From positions 1,726 through 65,725 of the forward strand of contig DATLTJ010000043.1 of assembly GCA_035533655.1 (NCBI GenBank): DNA of 64,000 nt. The letters run 5' to 3'. Source of the DNA: Candidatus Acidiferrales bacterium (GTDB lineage Bacteria; Chloroflexota; Dormibacteria; Aeolococcales; Bog-877). Positions 46,476-55,790 of the stretch are shown here, in pieces (positions within the stretch are counted from its first letter, which is position 1; each line of letters begins with the position of its first letter). The translations under genes and the position numbers were made by a program. A model generated the notes under the pieces. It did no database searches, had not been told where the DNA came from, and worked only from the letters and a program-made list of their open reading frames with translations.

Positions 46476-46525
46476 AGCGCACCATGAGACTTGCCTGCTA
46501 GAGATGGGTCGGAGGCGGTGTGGAC

Positions 46526-47959
46526 TCAGGCCGGCCGGGTAAGGATGGCGGCCTCGATCGCGGCCGCTGCCGACCGACCATCGGCGATGGCCTGGACGAC
46601 CAGGGAGGCTCCTCGCACCGCGTCTCCAAACGCGAAAACCCCTGGGACGTTGGTCTGGCTGTCCGGCGCAGCGCGGATTCGTCCACCGGGGAGCTGTTTG
46701 ATGCCCAGTTCCGAAACGACCGCGTCGACCGCCGCTCCGGTGAATCCCAGCGCCAAGAGGACCAGGTCAGCGGGAATGGCGGTCTCGGTGTCGGGAACCG
46801 GCTCCAGGCGGCGGTGCCCTGCATCGTCGATGGCGGGGCGCACCTGACGAACCTGAAGCTCGGTGACTCGGCTCTCGTCGCCAGAGAAGGCCACTGTCTC
46901 CACGCTGAAACCCCGCCTACCGCCCTCCTCATGGGCCGGAGAGGTCCGCAGGATGACCGGCCACTCGGGCCAGGGGTTGTCGACTGCTCGATTCAAAGGA
47001 GGCCGGGGCAGCAGCTCCAGCTGGTCGATGCTGGCGCAACCCTCCCGGTGGGCGTTGCCCAGGCAGTCCGCCCCGGTGTCCCCGCCACCTAGGATGACCA
47101 CCCGACGCCCGGTGGCGCTGATCGGCGTCGTGCCCGGGGGCGGCGGTAGCCCGGCCTGGCGACGATTCTGCTGCTCCAGGTATTCCATGGCCAGGTGGAC
47201 TCCCCCGAGCTCCCGGCCCGGGATGGGCAGCTCACGAGGGCGTCGCGCTCCCACCGCCAACCCGATCGCATCAAAGCTGCCCTGCAGCTCCAAGGCGGAG
47301 AGGTCGCGGCCCACCTCGACTCCGCACCGGAAGGTGACTCCCTCCGCCTCCAGCTGGTCCACCCGCCGGTCGATCATCCCCTTGGGCAGCTTGTAGTCGG
47401 GGATGCCATACCGGAGGAGGCCCCCAGGCCGATCCGCCTGCTCGAAAACCACGACTGTGTGCCCGGATCGAACCAACTGCTGGGCGGCCGCCATCCCGGC
47501 CGGGCCCGACCCCACGATCGCTACCCTGCGGCCACTCCTGGCGGCTGCCGGGCGGGGAGTGACCCAACCCTCCTGAAACCCCCGGTCGATCAGGCTACGC
47601 TCCACCTCCTTGATGGTCACCGGCTCATCGTTGATGGCCAAAACGCAGCTCGCCTCACAGGGCGCTGGGCAGATCCGGCCGGTGAATTCCGGGAAGTTGT
47701 TAGTGCTGTGCAGCTTCTCCAGGGCGGTCTCCCAGCTGTCCCGACCGGTCAGGGCGTTCCAGTCGGGAATCAGGTTGTGCAGCGGGCAGGCATGGTGACA
47801 AAAGGGAATGCTGCAGTTCATGCAGCGGCCGGCCTGCACCCGGAGCTCGTCGGGAGGCAGGCCGAGATGGACCTCCTGGTAGTCGGTCAGTCGCTCAGCG
47901 ACCGTGCGATCGGGGCCCAGCTGGCGGCCATGCCGGATGAAGGCCAGGGGATCCGCCAC
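46526..47959 (-). CDS. gltD: Glutamate synthase (NADPH) small subunit
   Basis: CMNCSIPFCH..CPL.N.IP.WN, VAIVGSGPAGMAAA and GGGDTGADC motifs. Confidence 0.9.
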   Translation of the reverse strand: MADPLAFIRHGRQLGPDRTVAERLTDYQEVHLGLPPDELRVQAGRCMNCSIPFCHHACPLHNLIPDWNALTGRDSWETALEKLHSTNNFPEFTGRICPAPCEASCVLAINDEPVTIKEVERSLIDRGFQEGWVTPRPAAARSGRRVAIVGSGPAGMAAAQQLVRSGHTVVVFEQADRPGGLLRYGIPDYKLPKGMIDRRVDQLEAEGVTFRCGVEVGRDLSALELQGSFDAIGLAVGARRPRELPIPGRELGGVHLAMEYLEQQNRRQAGLPPPPGTTPISATGRRVVILGGGDTGADCLGNAHREGCASIDQLELLPRPPLNRAVDNPWPEWPVILRTSPAHEEGGRRGFSVETVAFSGDESRVTELQVRQVRPAIDDAGHRRLEPVPDTETAIPADLVLLALGFTGAAVDAVVSELGIKQLPGGRIRAAPDSQTNVPGVFAFGDAVRGASLVVQAIADGRSAAAAIEAAILTRPA

Positions 47960-47963
47960 CGGC

Positions 47964-50900
47964 TCAGGCCAACGCCGCGACGGTCTCAGGCAGTGTGTCC
48001 TGCAGTCGCTGGGGCACCTCTGAAACGCCGGCGCCGCGCCGGCGGGGCCTGACCAGGGCCAGCTGGTCGGACCGAAGCGGCCATCCGGTCAGGAGTTGGC
48101 GGGCCTGCTGGCTGCCGGTGTACCGAAGGTGCCGCCGCAGTAGCTCCCGGACGATGGCCAGATCGTCCTGATCGGGATCGATGATCTCGACCGAGGCGGC
48201 GTTGCAATGGCGGCGGACGGTCTCAGAACTGGTGAGAATGTAGGCGACCCCGCCGCTCATTCCCGCCCCGAAGTTCCGGCCGACGGAGCCGAGGATCAGA
48301 ACCGTCCCGCCGGTCATGTACTCGCAGCCGTGGTCCCCGATCCCCTCGACCACGGCAGTCGCGCCGCTGTTGCGCACCGCGAAGCGGTGGCCGGCCTGCC
48401 CTTCGAAGTAGGCGTCTCCGGCGGTCGCCCCGTAGAGCGCCACGTTGCCGATGATCACGTTGTCGGCTGCCGGGTAGCTGGCCCGGCGAGGGGTCCGTAC
48501 CACCAGCCGGCCACCGCTCAGCCCCTTGCCGGGGTAGTCGTTGGCAGCTCCGGTACAGGTCAGGCTGATCCCAGGCGCCAGCCAGGCGCCCAGGCTCTGA
48601 CCTGCGACGCCGCGGAGCCGCACCCGCAGGGTGTCCTCCGGCAACCCCTCCTCGCCGTAGCGGCGGGCCACCTCACCGCTCAGCCGGGCCCCCACGGCCC
48701 GGTGGGAGCTCCGAACGCGGGCGGAGACCGTCACCGGCTCCCCGGTGGCGAGCGAGCTGCCGACCCGCTCCAGGAGCCGGAGGTCAAGTGCCTGGTGCAG
48801 GTGGTGCTCCTGAGGACGCTTCCGGAAGAGCGCTTCGACGTCCTCCCGCCCTCGACCGCGCCGGAGCGCGGCCGGGCCGGGGACCGGAGGCTGGAGGAGG
48901 GGAGTGAGGTCGAGCTGACCAGCCTTCCAGGGCCGGGCGCCGGTTCGCTGGCCCAGGTGGTCCACCTGACCAACCATCTCCGAGACGGTGCGGAAGCCCA
49001 GCTCGGCCATCTGGCTGCGCACGTCCTCAGCGACCATCATGAAAAACCTGACCACGTGCTCGGGGGCGCCGGCGAAGCGGCGTCGCAGGACAGGGTCCTG
49101 GGTGGCGATCCCCACCGGGCAGCTGTTGAGGTGGCAGACCCGCATCAGGATGCACCCGGTCGCGACCAGGGCGGCGGTGGCGAATCCGAACTCCTCGGCC
49201 CCCAGCAAGGCGGCGACGACCACGTCTCGCCCGGTGCGCAGGCCACCGTCGGCCTGGAGGGTAACCCGAGAGCGAAGTCCCTGGCGGACCAGAGCCTGCT
49301 GGGTCTCGGCGAGTCCCAGCTCCCAGGGGATGCCGACGTGCTTGATCGACGACAGAGGTGCGGCGCCGGTGCCGCCATCGTGACCGGAGATGGTGATGTG
49401 GTCGGCCCGGGCCTTGACCACTCCGGCGGCGACGGTTCCCACCCCGGCCTGGGAGACCAGCTTGACGCTGACCCGGGCCCAGGGGTTGGGCTGTTTCAGG
49501 TCCCAGATCAGCTGGGCCAGGTCCTCGATGGAGTAGATGTCGTGGTGGGGCGGCGGAGAGATCAGCTCCACCCCGGGCACCGCGTGGCGGAGCCGGGCGA
49601 TGTTGGCATCCACCTTGTGACCGGGCAGCTGACCGCCTTCACCGGGTTTGGCGCCCTGGGCGATCTTGATCTGAATGTCGTCGGCGTTGACCAGGTAGTT
49701 GGCGGTCACCCCGAACCTGGCCGAGGCCACCTGCTTGATCGCACTCCGGCGGGAGCTGCCATCACCGGCTGGGGCAAACCGGGCTGGGTCCTCGCCGCCC
49801 TCGCCGGTGTTGCTCTTGCCTCCGATCTGGTTCATCGCCAGAGCCATGGTCTCGTGGGCCTCCTGTCCGATCGACCCCAGCGACATGGCCCCGGTGACGA
49901 AGCGGCGCACGATCAGCGCGGCCGGCTCCACCTCCTGGAGGGGGATACCGATCCCCGGAATCGGGTCGAGCAGATGACGCAGGGTGGTTGGGGGAGAGGT
50001 CCTGGCGTTGGCTAGCTCGGTGAACTTTCGAAAGCGCTCGGGGTCATCGGCCCGGACGGCATGCTGGAGAGCTGCCACGCTCTCCGGGTTCCAGGCATGC
50101 GACTCGCCGCCCTGGCGCCAGCGGTGCTCTCCACCCAGCTCGAGTTCGGTCGGGTAGGAGGTGGAGTCGAAGGCACGGCGGTGGCGGAGCAGCACCTCCT
50201 CGGCCAGCACCTCGAAATTGGCGCCGCTCAGCCGGGAGGGGGTCCCTGAAAAGCAGCGGTCGATCACCGAGCTGGCGATTCCCACCGCCTCGAAAACCTG
50301 GGCGCCGCAGTAGCTGGGGAGAGTGGAGATGCCCATCTTGGACATCACCTTGAGCAGCCCCTCGGTCAGGCATTCGATGTAGGAGGCCCTGGCCAGGTGG
50401 CGCTCGGTGGGCTGGGGAAGGCTGCCGGAGCCGGCCATGCCGGCCACCGTAGCCAAGCCCAGATACGGGTTGACCGCCTCGGCGCCGTGGCCGATCAGGC
50501 AGGCCAGGTGGTGCACGCTGCGAGCGTCAGCCGTCTCCACCACCAGGCTCAGGGCGGAGCGGGCTCCCGCCCGCACCAGGTGCTGATGGATGGCTCCCAG
50601 GGCCAGCAGGCTGGGAATCGGGGCCAGCTGGGCCTGGGCTTGGCGGTCGCTGACGATGAGGATCCGGACTCCGTCCTCAACCGCCAGCAGCGCCTCGGTG
50701 CAGAGCCGGTCCAGGGCCAGCTCCAATTCTCCATCCCGTCCCTCCGCGGCAAAGAGGGCGGAGAGAGTTCGAGTCCTAAGGTTGGGCGGCAATTCGCTCT
50801 GCAGCTGGCGCATCTGGCCGTCGGTGAGGATCGGATGGCGGAGCTCCAGACGGGTCACCGGCTGGCGGTCGGGCGCCAACAGCTCGCCGCCCCCTCCCAA

Positions 50901-52604
50901 GGTAGTCCGCAGAGACATCACCGCGCGCTCCCTGATCGAGTCGATAGGCGGGTTGGTGACCTGAGCGAAGCTCTGGCTGAAGTAGTCGAAGAGCAGACGT
51001 GGTTGTTCGGAGAGCACCGCCAGGGCGGCGTCGTTGCCCATCGAACCGATCGCCTCATGCCCGGTCACCGCCATCGGTGCCAGCACCTGCTGCAACTCCT
51101 CGTCGGTGTAGCCGTAGCAGCGGTGCCAGGTGCTGAGCTCTGCCGCGGTGGGGGACGGCAGCGCGGGGACCTCGTCCGCGGGGGAGGGGAGCTGGTACAG
51201 GGACTCCCGGGCCAGCTGCCCGTACCGGTGACGCCGGGCCACCGAGCTCTTGACCTGGGCGTCGTCCAGGACTGTGCCGGTCTTGGTGTCCACCAGGAAC
51301 AGGTGGCCCGGCTCCAGCCGTCCCGAGTGGCGAACCTGGGCCGGGTCCAGGTCCACCACCCCTGTCTCCGAGGCCAGCACCACCAGCTCGTCGGTCACCG
51401 AGTAGCGAACCGGGCGCAGGCCGTTGCGGTCCAGCGCCGCCCCGACCCAGCGTCCATCGCTGAAGCTGAGGGCGGCGGGCCCGTCCCAGGGCTCGATCAG
51501 ATTCGCCTGGTAGCCGTAGAAGGCCCGTAGCCGTCCGGGCATCTCGACGGTGCCCTCCCACGCCTCTGGGACCATCATCATCAGCGCTTCCGGAAGCGAC
51601 CTCCCGGTCCGGAGCAGAAGCTCGATGGCGTTGTCGAAGGCGCCCGAGTCACTGCCCTGGGGTTCGATCACTGGCAGGATCTCCTCAGGGCTCGCCCCGC
51701 AGATGGGATGACGCCAGCCGCGCTCCCGGGCTCGCATCCAGTTGACGTTGCCGCGGAGAGTGTTGATCTCACCGTTGTGGGAGATGAACCGGAACGGTTG
51801 CGCCAGTCGCCAGCTGGGGTCGGTGTTGGTGCTGAAGCGCTGATGGAAGATGGCCAGTTGGCTCGTCAGGTCGGGTGCCGAGAGGTCCGGGTAGAAGGGT
51901 TGCAGTTGGGTCGCGCTCAGCTGTCCTTTGTAGACGAGGGTGGTGGTTGAGCAGCTGGTGATCGCGAACAGGTCACTCGACGGAGAGTCGACCATGGTCA
52001 GCGACCGAACCCGACTCTCGATCCGCTTGCGGACCGGGTAGAGGGCGGCCTCCAAAGCCCTTCCGCTCCGGCGCCCGCTGATGAACGCCTGCTGGATCAC
52101 CGGCTGACCACTCCGGGCCACCGGTCCGATTGCCCGCGGCCGAACCGGCACAGTGCGCCACCCCAGCAGCTGCAACTTAGCTTCAGCTAAGGCGGATTCG
52201 ATGATTGCCCGGCAGGCCTCCCGGTCGGCTCGGCGGCGGGGTAGAAAGACGGTGGCCACGGCATACCGACCTGCCCCAGGCAGTGAGATGCCGAACTCGG
52301 CAACCACCCGGCGCAGGAAGGCGTCGGGAATCTGAATCATGATGCCGGCTCCGTCGCCAGTCCGCGGGTCGGCTCCAAAGGCGCCGCGGTGGAGGAGCCG
52401 GCGGAGCGCTCCCAGTGCCAGCTCGACAACCTGGCGGGACGGCTCCCTTTTCCGGCTGGCGATGAATCCAACCCCGCATCCGTCGTGTTCGAACTGGGGG
52501 TCGAGGAGCCCGCAGGACGGCTCAGATAGATGTTTTGGGGAGGGGTCGGCCGCCGGCGGCGGCGGCGGCGACCTGAGTGTGCGGCGGGATGATTGAGGTT
52601 GCAT
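47964..52604 (-). CDS. gltB: Glutamate synthase large subunit
   Basis: EHDGCGVGFIA Ntn-amidotransferase N-terminus. 1546 aa with FMN/3Fe-4S and GXGXG domains (ISPPPHHDIYSIEDL, CHLNSCPVGIATQD). Confidence 0.95.
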   Translation of the reverse strand: MQPQSSRRTLRSPPPPPAADPSPKHLSEPSCGLLDPQFEHDGCGVGFIASRKREPSRQVVELALGALRRLLHRGAFGADPRTGDGAGIMIQIPDAFLRRVVAEFGISLPGAGRYAVATVFLPRRRADREACRAIIESALAEAKLQLLGWRTVPVRPRAIGPVARSGQPVIQQAFISGRRSGRALEAALYPVRKRIESRVRSLTMVDSPSSDLFAITSCSTTTLVYKGQLSATQLQPFYPDLSAPDLTSQLAIFHQRFSTNTDPSWRLAQPFRFISHNGEINTLRGNVNWMRARERGWRHPICGASPEEILPVIEPQGSDSGAFDNAIELLLRTGRSLPEALMMMVPEAWEGTVEMPGRLRAFYGYQANLIEPWDGPAALSFSDGRWVGAALDRNGLRPVRYSVTDELVVLASETGVVDLDPAQVRHSGRLEPGHLFLVDTKTGTVLDDAQVKSSVARRHRYGQLARESLYQLPSPADEVPALPSPTAAELSTWHRCYGYTDEELQQVLAPMAVTGHEAIGSMGNDAALAVLSEQPRLLFDYFSQSFAQVTNPPIDSIRERAVMSLRTTLGGGGELLAPDRQPVTRLELRHPILTDGQMRQLQSELPPNLRTRTLSALFAAEGRDGELELALDRLCTEALLAVEDGVRILIVSDRQAQAQLAPIPSLLALGAIHQHLVRAGARSALSLVVETADARSVHHLACLIGHGAEAVNPYLGLATVAGMAGSGSLPQPTERHLARASYIECLTEGLLKVMSKMGISTLPSYCGAQVFEAVGIASSVIDRCFSGTPSRLSGANFEVLAEEVLLRHRRAFDSTSYPTELELGGEHRWRQGGESHAWNPESVAALQHAVRADDPERFRKFTELANARTSPPTTLRHLLDPIPGIGIPLQEVEPAALIVRRFVTGAMSLGSIGQEAHETMALAMNQIGGKSNTGEGGEDPARFAPAGDGSSRRSAIKQVASARFGVTANYLVNADDIQIKIAQGAKPGEGGQLPGHKVDANIARLRHAVPGVELISPPPHHDIYSIEDLAQLIWDLKQPNPWARVSVKLVSQAGVGTVAAGVVKARADHITISGHDGGTGAAPLSSIKHVGIPWELGLAETQQALVRQGLRSRVTLQADGGLRTGRDVVVAALLGAEEFGFATAALVATGCILMRVCHLNSCPVGIATQDPVLRRRFAGAPEHVVRFFMMVAEDVRSQMAELGFRTVSEMVGQVDHLGQRTGARPWKAGQLDLTPLLQPPVPGPAALRRGRGREDVEALFRKRPQEHHLHQALDLRLLERVGSSLATGEPVTVSARVRSSHRAVGARLSGEVARRYGEEGLPEDTLRVRLRGVAGQSLGAWLAPGISLTCTGAANDYPGKGLSGGRLVVRTPRRASYPAADNVIIGNVALYGATAGDAYFEGQAGHRFAVRNSGATAVVEGIGDHGCEYMTGGTVLILGSVGRNFGAGMSGGVAYILTSSETVRRHCNAASVEIIDPDQDDLAIVRELLRRHLRYTGSQQARQLLTGWPLRSDQLALVRPRRRGAGVSEVPQRLQDTLPETVAALA

Positions 52605-52630
52605 GACTTGGCGGCTGGCGGCTCGCGGCT

Positions 52631-52670
52631 ATAAAAAAAGACCGGTGCCCGAGACTTCGGGAACCGGTCT
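52631..52670 (-). terminator. Intrinsic terminator/attenuator hairpin plus U7, 28 nt upstream of the gltB ATG
   Basis: Minus-strand RNA AGACCGGUUCCCGAAGUCUCGGGCACCGGUCUUUUUUUAU: about 13 bp of GC-rich interrupted stem followed by a U-run. Confidence 0.6.
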
Positions 52671-52785
52671 GCTCTCTAGCGAAGCGGATGCGCTAGCTGA
52701 CCGGCCCTCCTGCGAGTAGGGATGCGCTGAGCCTTAGCCCAGCGCCGACCGGTCGAATTCCAAATTCTGTCCGCAAAGTCGGCTC

Positions 52786-52814
52786 ATTGTAACCGGCATT
52801 CGCCGGACCGTCAA
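52786..52814 (-). promoter_or_regulatory. Sigma-70-like promoter: TTGACG - 17 nt - TACAAT
   Basis: -35 at 52814-52809 and -10 at 52791-52786 on the minus strand, between tRNA-Ser(CGA) and gltB. Confidence 0.45.
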
Positions 52815-52848
52815 ACGGGGGTCCGAGCAATGTCTGCCTCCGCCCAGG

Positions 52849-52936
<88 letters not shown>

Positions 52937-53039
52937 GTGAACTCTGGGAATTGTAGGACGGGCCCGGAATCGTCCGACCCTCCTGAGTCGCTCCTAGATC
53001 ACTGGGTCAGGACAGCGAAAGTCCGTCCGCCGACGGAAC

Positions 53040-53534
53040 TCAGGAGGAGTGGGAGCGGAGCTCCTGAAAGAAGGTCTGGAGCAACCGTCCGGCTGCCTCC
53101 GCCTGACAGCCCGGGGAGACCACTGGGTGGTGGTTTCCGGAGGGACTGCCGAGCACGTCGTAGACGGATCGGAACGCTCCCTTTTTGGGGTCGTCAGCGG
53201 CGTAGACAACCCGGTCCACCCGGGCCAGCAGAATGGCGCCCGCACACATCGGGCACGGTTCCAAGGTCGAGTAGACAGTGGCGCCTTCGAGACGCCAAGA
53301 ACCTACCCGGCGGGCGGCCTGGCGGAGGGCCAAGAGCTCGGCGTGGGCTGAGGCATCCTGGGAACGCTCGACTCGGTTGGAGGCCGCGCCCAGCACCGCT
53401 GGACCGCGGGCGACCAGGGCTCCGATGGGTACCTCGCCCCGCCGGGCCGCGGCTCGGGCCAGTCCCAAGGCCCGCAGCATGAAGTGCCGGTCGCTCTCGG
53501 GCGAGGGGGAGAAGCCGGGCTGGGCTGCGGACAA
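53040..53534 (-). CDS. tadA: tRNA-specific adenosine deaminase
   Basis: HAELLALRQAA (HAE) and LEPCPMCAGAI (PCxxC) zinc-binding motifs. Confidence 0.9.
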   Translation of the reverse strand: MSAAQPGFSPSPESDRHFMLRALGLARAAARRGEVPIGALVARGPAVLGAASNRVERSQDASAHAELLALRQAARRVGSWRLEGATVYSTLEPCPMCAGAILLARVDRVVYAADDPKKGAFRSVYDVLGSPSGNHHPVVSPGCQAEAAGRLLQTFFQELRSHSS

Positions 53535-53588
53535 AGTGATCCTCGATGGGGTGAGAATTCGGGTCCCACCTATAATTTGGCCCCTCGT

Positions 53589-53666
53589 GGTGGCTATAGC
53601 TCAGTTGGTTAGAGTGCCAGGTTGTGGCCCTGGAGGTCGAGGGTTCAAGTCCCTCTAGCCACCCCA
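53589..53666 (+). tRNA. tRNA-His (anticodon GUG), encoded G-1 and CCA
   Basis: G-GTGGCTATAGCTCAGTTGGTTAGAGTGCCAGGTTGTGGCCCTGGAGGTCGAGGGTTCAAGTCCCTCTAGCCAC-C-CCA. Anticodon loop TTGTGGC; the extra 5' G pairs with C73. Confidence 0.9.
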
Positions 53667-53837
53667 TCCACGTTGGCGATTCGAACTCGCGAAGCCGACG
53701 TAGGGGGCGCGGCCCGGGCCAGATCGCGCGAGAGCCGAGCTAGGTCTGCTTCCGGTTGCGAGATAGAGCGGCTCGAAACTGTGCATGGGTTGTCCGACGG
53801 GTCTTGGTTCTGGCCGGCCCACCTGAGCGTCGGGCCG

Positions 53838-55013
53838 TCAGGCTGGTCGCGTCCCCAGCCTGGGTGCCACCTCTCCGACTGCCCAGGCGGTGAAGCGAGA
53901 GCGTGTCAGAACTCTGGTGGCGGCCCAGGCTACGCCGGTGACCGAGATTATCAAGAGACTGAAGGGGAGCAGAGACCCCGGTAGGGACTGGTCGAGCGTG
54001 AGCGGCCCCGGCGCTGCGCGGAGCAACGGTCCCACCCCGAAGAGAACCAAGGGATGAAGAATGTAGATCCCGAGGGAGTGTCGACTGAGGGCTTGGCTGA
54101 GCCGGTTCAGCCAAGCCCCACCGCGGGACAGGATCCAGGGCGCGCTCTGCCACAGGGAAAGGAAGACTACCGCGGTCAGCAGCAGCAGGGAGGGCCGCAA
54201 GAAGGCTCCGGTGCCGCCGACCCAGGGTCCCCAGTGGTTGGCGATCCGACCCGGGAGCCCGGCGGAGAGCAGGAGAGCCGCCGCCGCCGCCGCCGGGAGT
54301 GCGGCCCAGAGCAGGACCGAGGGCTTGCCGAGCTGGGTGAGGCGCAGTCCGAAAAAGATGCCGAGACCGAAGTAGCCGACCCAGAAGGGAGCCTCTTCGA
54401 AGCCGTAATTGAGTAGCAGTGCTGTTCCTAACCCGCCATGCAACGGCAGCAGGACCCGGGCCAGCTGCAACCCCACCTGGACGACCAACGAGGCGACCAG
54501 CGCTACCGCGGATCCGGTTCGCCCCTTGGGCCACACGAGGAACATCAGGTACAGCTGGGGCAGCAGGATGAGGAAGTAGAGGTGACCGGCCCCTCCCGCC
54601 CACCATCCCCAGCTTTGCCGCGGGTCAGCGGACATGCCGGTGAACGCGACGGTGGCGCCGAAGTAGATGACCGCCCAGATCAGCCAGGGGGCCAGAGTCC
54701 GGCGCAGCCGCCGGATCAGGAACCCCGGGTCGGGTCGTGAGCCGTCGTGCCGGTAGGCGAGCAGGACGCCGCTCAGAACCAGGAAGAGCGGCAATGACAC
54801 CCGCGCCAGCAGATCAAGTTCGGGGTAGAGGAACGATGCGAACCCGCCCTGCTGGCGGGGCCACGCGTCGCAGTGGATGACCACCACCAGAAGCAGGGCG
54901 ACCGCTCGAATGAGATCAGCCTGGCCCAACCGTGCTGCGGGCCGGCTGGCGGGGCCAGGCTCCTTGGTGCTGGCCACGCCGTTTGCGCCGTCGGCCGAAG
55001 CAAGACCGCTCAT
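53838..55013 (-). CDS. Acyltransferase family 3 (membrane O-acyltransferase)
   Basis: DLIRAVALLLVVVIHC N-terminal motif and about 10 TM helices. Confidence 0.7.
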   Translation of the reverse strand: MSGLASADGANGVASTKEPGPASRPAARLGQADLIRAVALLLVVVIHCDAWPRQQGGFASFLYPELDLLARVSLPLFLVLSGVLLAYRHDGSRPDPGFLIRRLRRTLAPWLIWAVIYFGATVAFTGMSADPRQSWGWWAGGAGHLYFLILLPQLYLMFLVWPKGRTGSAVALVASLVVQVGLQLARVLLPLHGGLGTALLLNYGFEEAPFWVGYFGLGIFFGLRLTQLGKPSVLLWAALPAAAAAALLLSAGLPGRIANHWGPWVGGTGAFLRPSLLLLTAVVFLSLWQSAPWILSRGGAWLNRLSQALSRHSLGIYILHPLVLFGVGPLLRAAPGPLTLDQSLPGSLLPFSLLIISVTGVAWAATRVLTRSRFTAWAVGEVAPRLGTRPA

Positions 55014-55289
55014 CCGGGCGCCCGGGCAGGCTTGCGGGCCGCACTGAGACGCCTATTACCTCGACAATTTCTCCGCGCTGTCACCCTTGGCCAGGCTACT
55101 CTTGAAGTCCCCTCGGGAGGTTTCTAGGTTCACCCCAAAGCCCAACCGCAGCGCCGCTGCCGGCCCGGCCGGGGCGAAGCCGAAGGCTGGGAAACCCTGT
55201 GCTATGCTCAGCCGGACCCGGAGCCCAGCTAGACCCGGTCGGGCCGGATGGGGCGGGCTCCGTGGCGACTCAAGGAGAAATACCCAACC

Positions 55290-55556
55290 ATGCTTCAAGG
55301 TGAAGCCAAGGCCGCGGTGATCGAGGATCACCGGCAACACGAAGGTGATACTGGCTCGCCCGAAGTCCAGATCGCGATCTTCAGTGAGCGGATCCGCGAA
55401 CTCACCGAGCATCTCAAAGTGCACCCCAAGGACCATCACACCCGACGGGGACTGCTCAAGCTGGTGGGCAAGAGGCGGCGCTTGCTGGACTACCTGATGC
55501 GGGTCGATATCGCCCGCTACCGGGCCTTGATCGCCAAGCTGGGGCTGCGCCACTGA
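55290..55556 (+). CDS. rpsO: 30S ribosomal protein S15
   Basis: [60 protein letters not shown] upstream. Confidence 0.95.
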   Translation: MLQGEAKAAVIEDHRQHEGDTGSPEVQIAIFSERIRELTEHLKVHPKDHHTRRGLLKLVGKRRRLLDYLMRVDIARYRALIAKLGLRH

Positions 55557-55569
55557 TCTTGATCGATTT

Positions 55570-55607
55570 CCGGCTCACTCGCTTACAACCGAGAGCCGGT
55601 TGCTTTT
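55570..55607 (+). terminator. rpsO terminator/attenuator hairpin (CCGGCTC...GAGCCGG) followed by TTGCTTTT
   Basis: 7-bp stem with a T-rich tail 14 nt after the rpsO stop, matching the known rpsO-pnp layout with a structured pnp leader (55608-55790). Confidence 0.5.
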
Positions 55608-55790
55608 ACGACCGCGGACTCTCCTGGAGGGAGCAGCGGCAGACTTCGCAGGAGCGCCCAGTGCGCGGTTGGAGACTGGCGATCGGAGCCGAACCAAGGT
55701 TCAGCTCTCATCCCCTTTCCCTAACCGCGACGGCAGCTCCGAATCGGAGCCTACCTCTCTCTGAGCCCGGGAGGCGCGGGGAGGACCCTG

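Noticed and set aside
52605-52848. Match of the gltB leader to the known glutamine (glnA RNA) riboswitch, or to SRP/4.5S RNA
   Set aside because: The conserved glnA-motif segments (CGUUCA.CC ... ACGGAAGUAGG ... AAGGAACGC as I recall them) and the SRP domain IV motif (GGAAG...AGCA) are not present. The element is therefore reported as unclassified rather than assigned.
53667-53700. T-arm-like sequence GGCGATTCGAACTCGCG right after tRNA-His, possibly a tRNA fragment or att-site scar
   Set aside because: Only a 4-bp stem forms and no matching acceptor or anticodon arms exist. It is not a duplicate of the tRNA-His 3' end. It shares just 12 nt with the tRNA-Gly T-arm region, which is likely chance in a TTCGAA-type motif.
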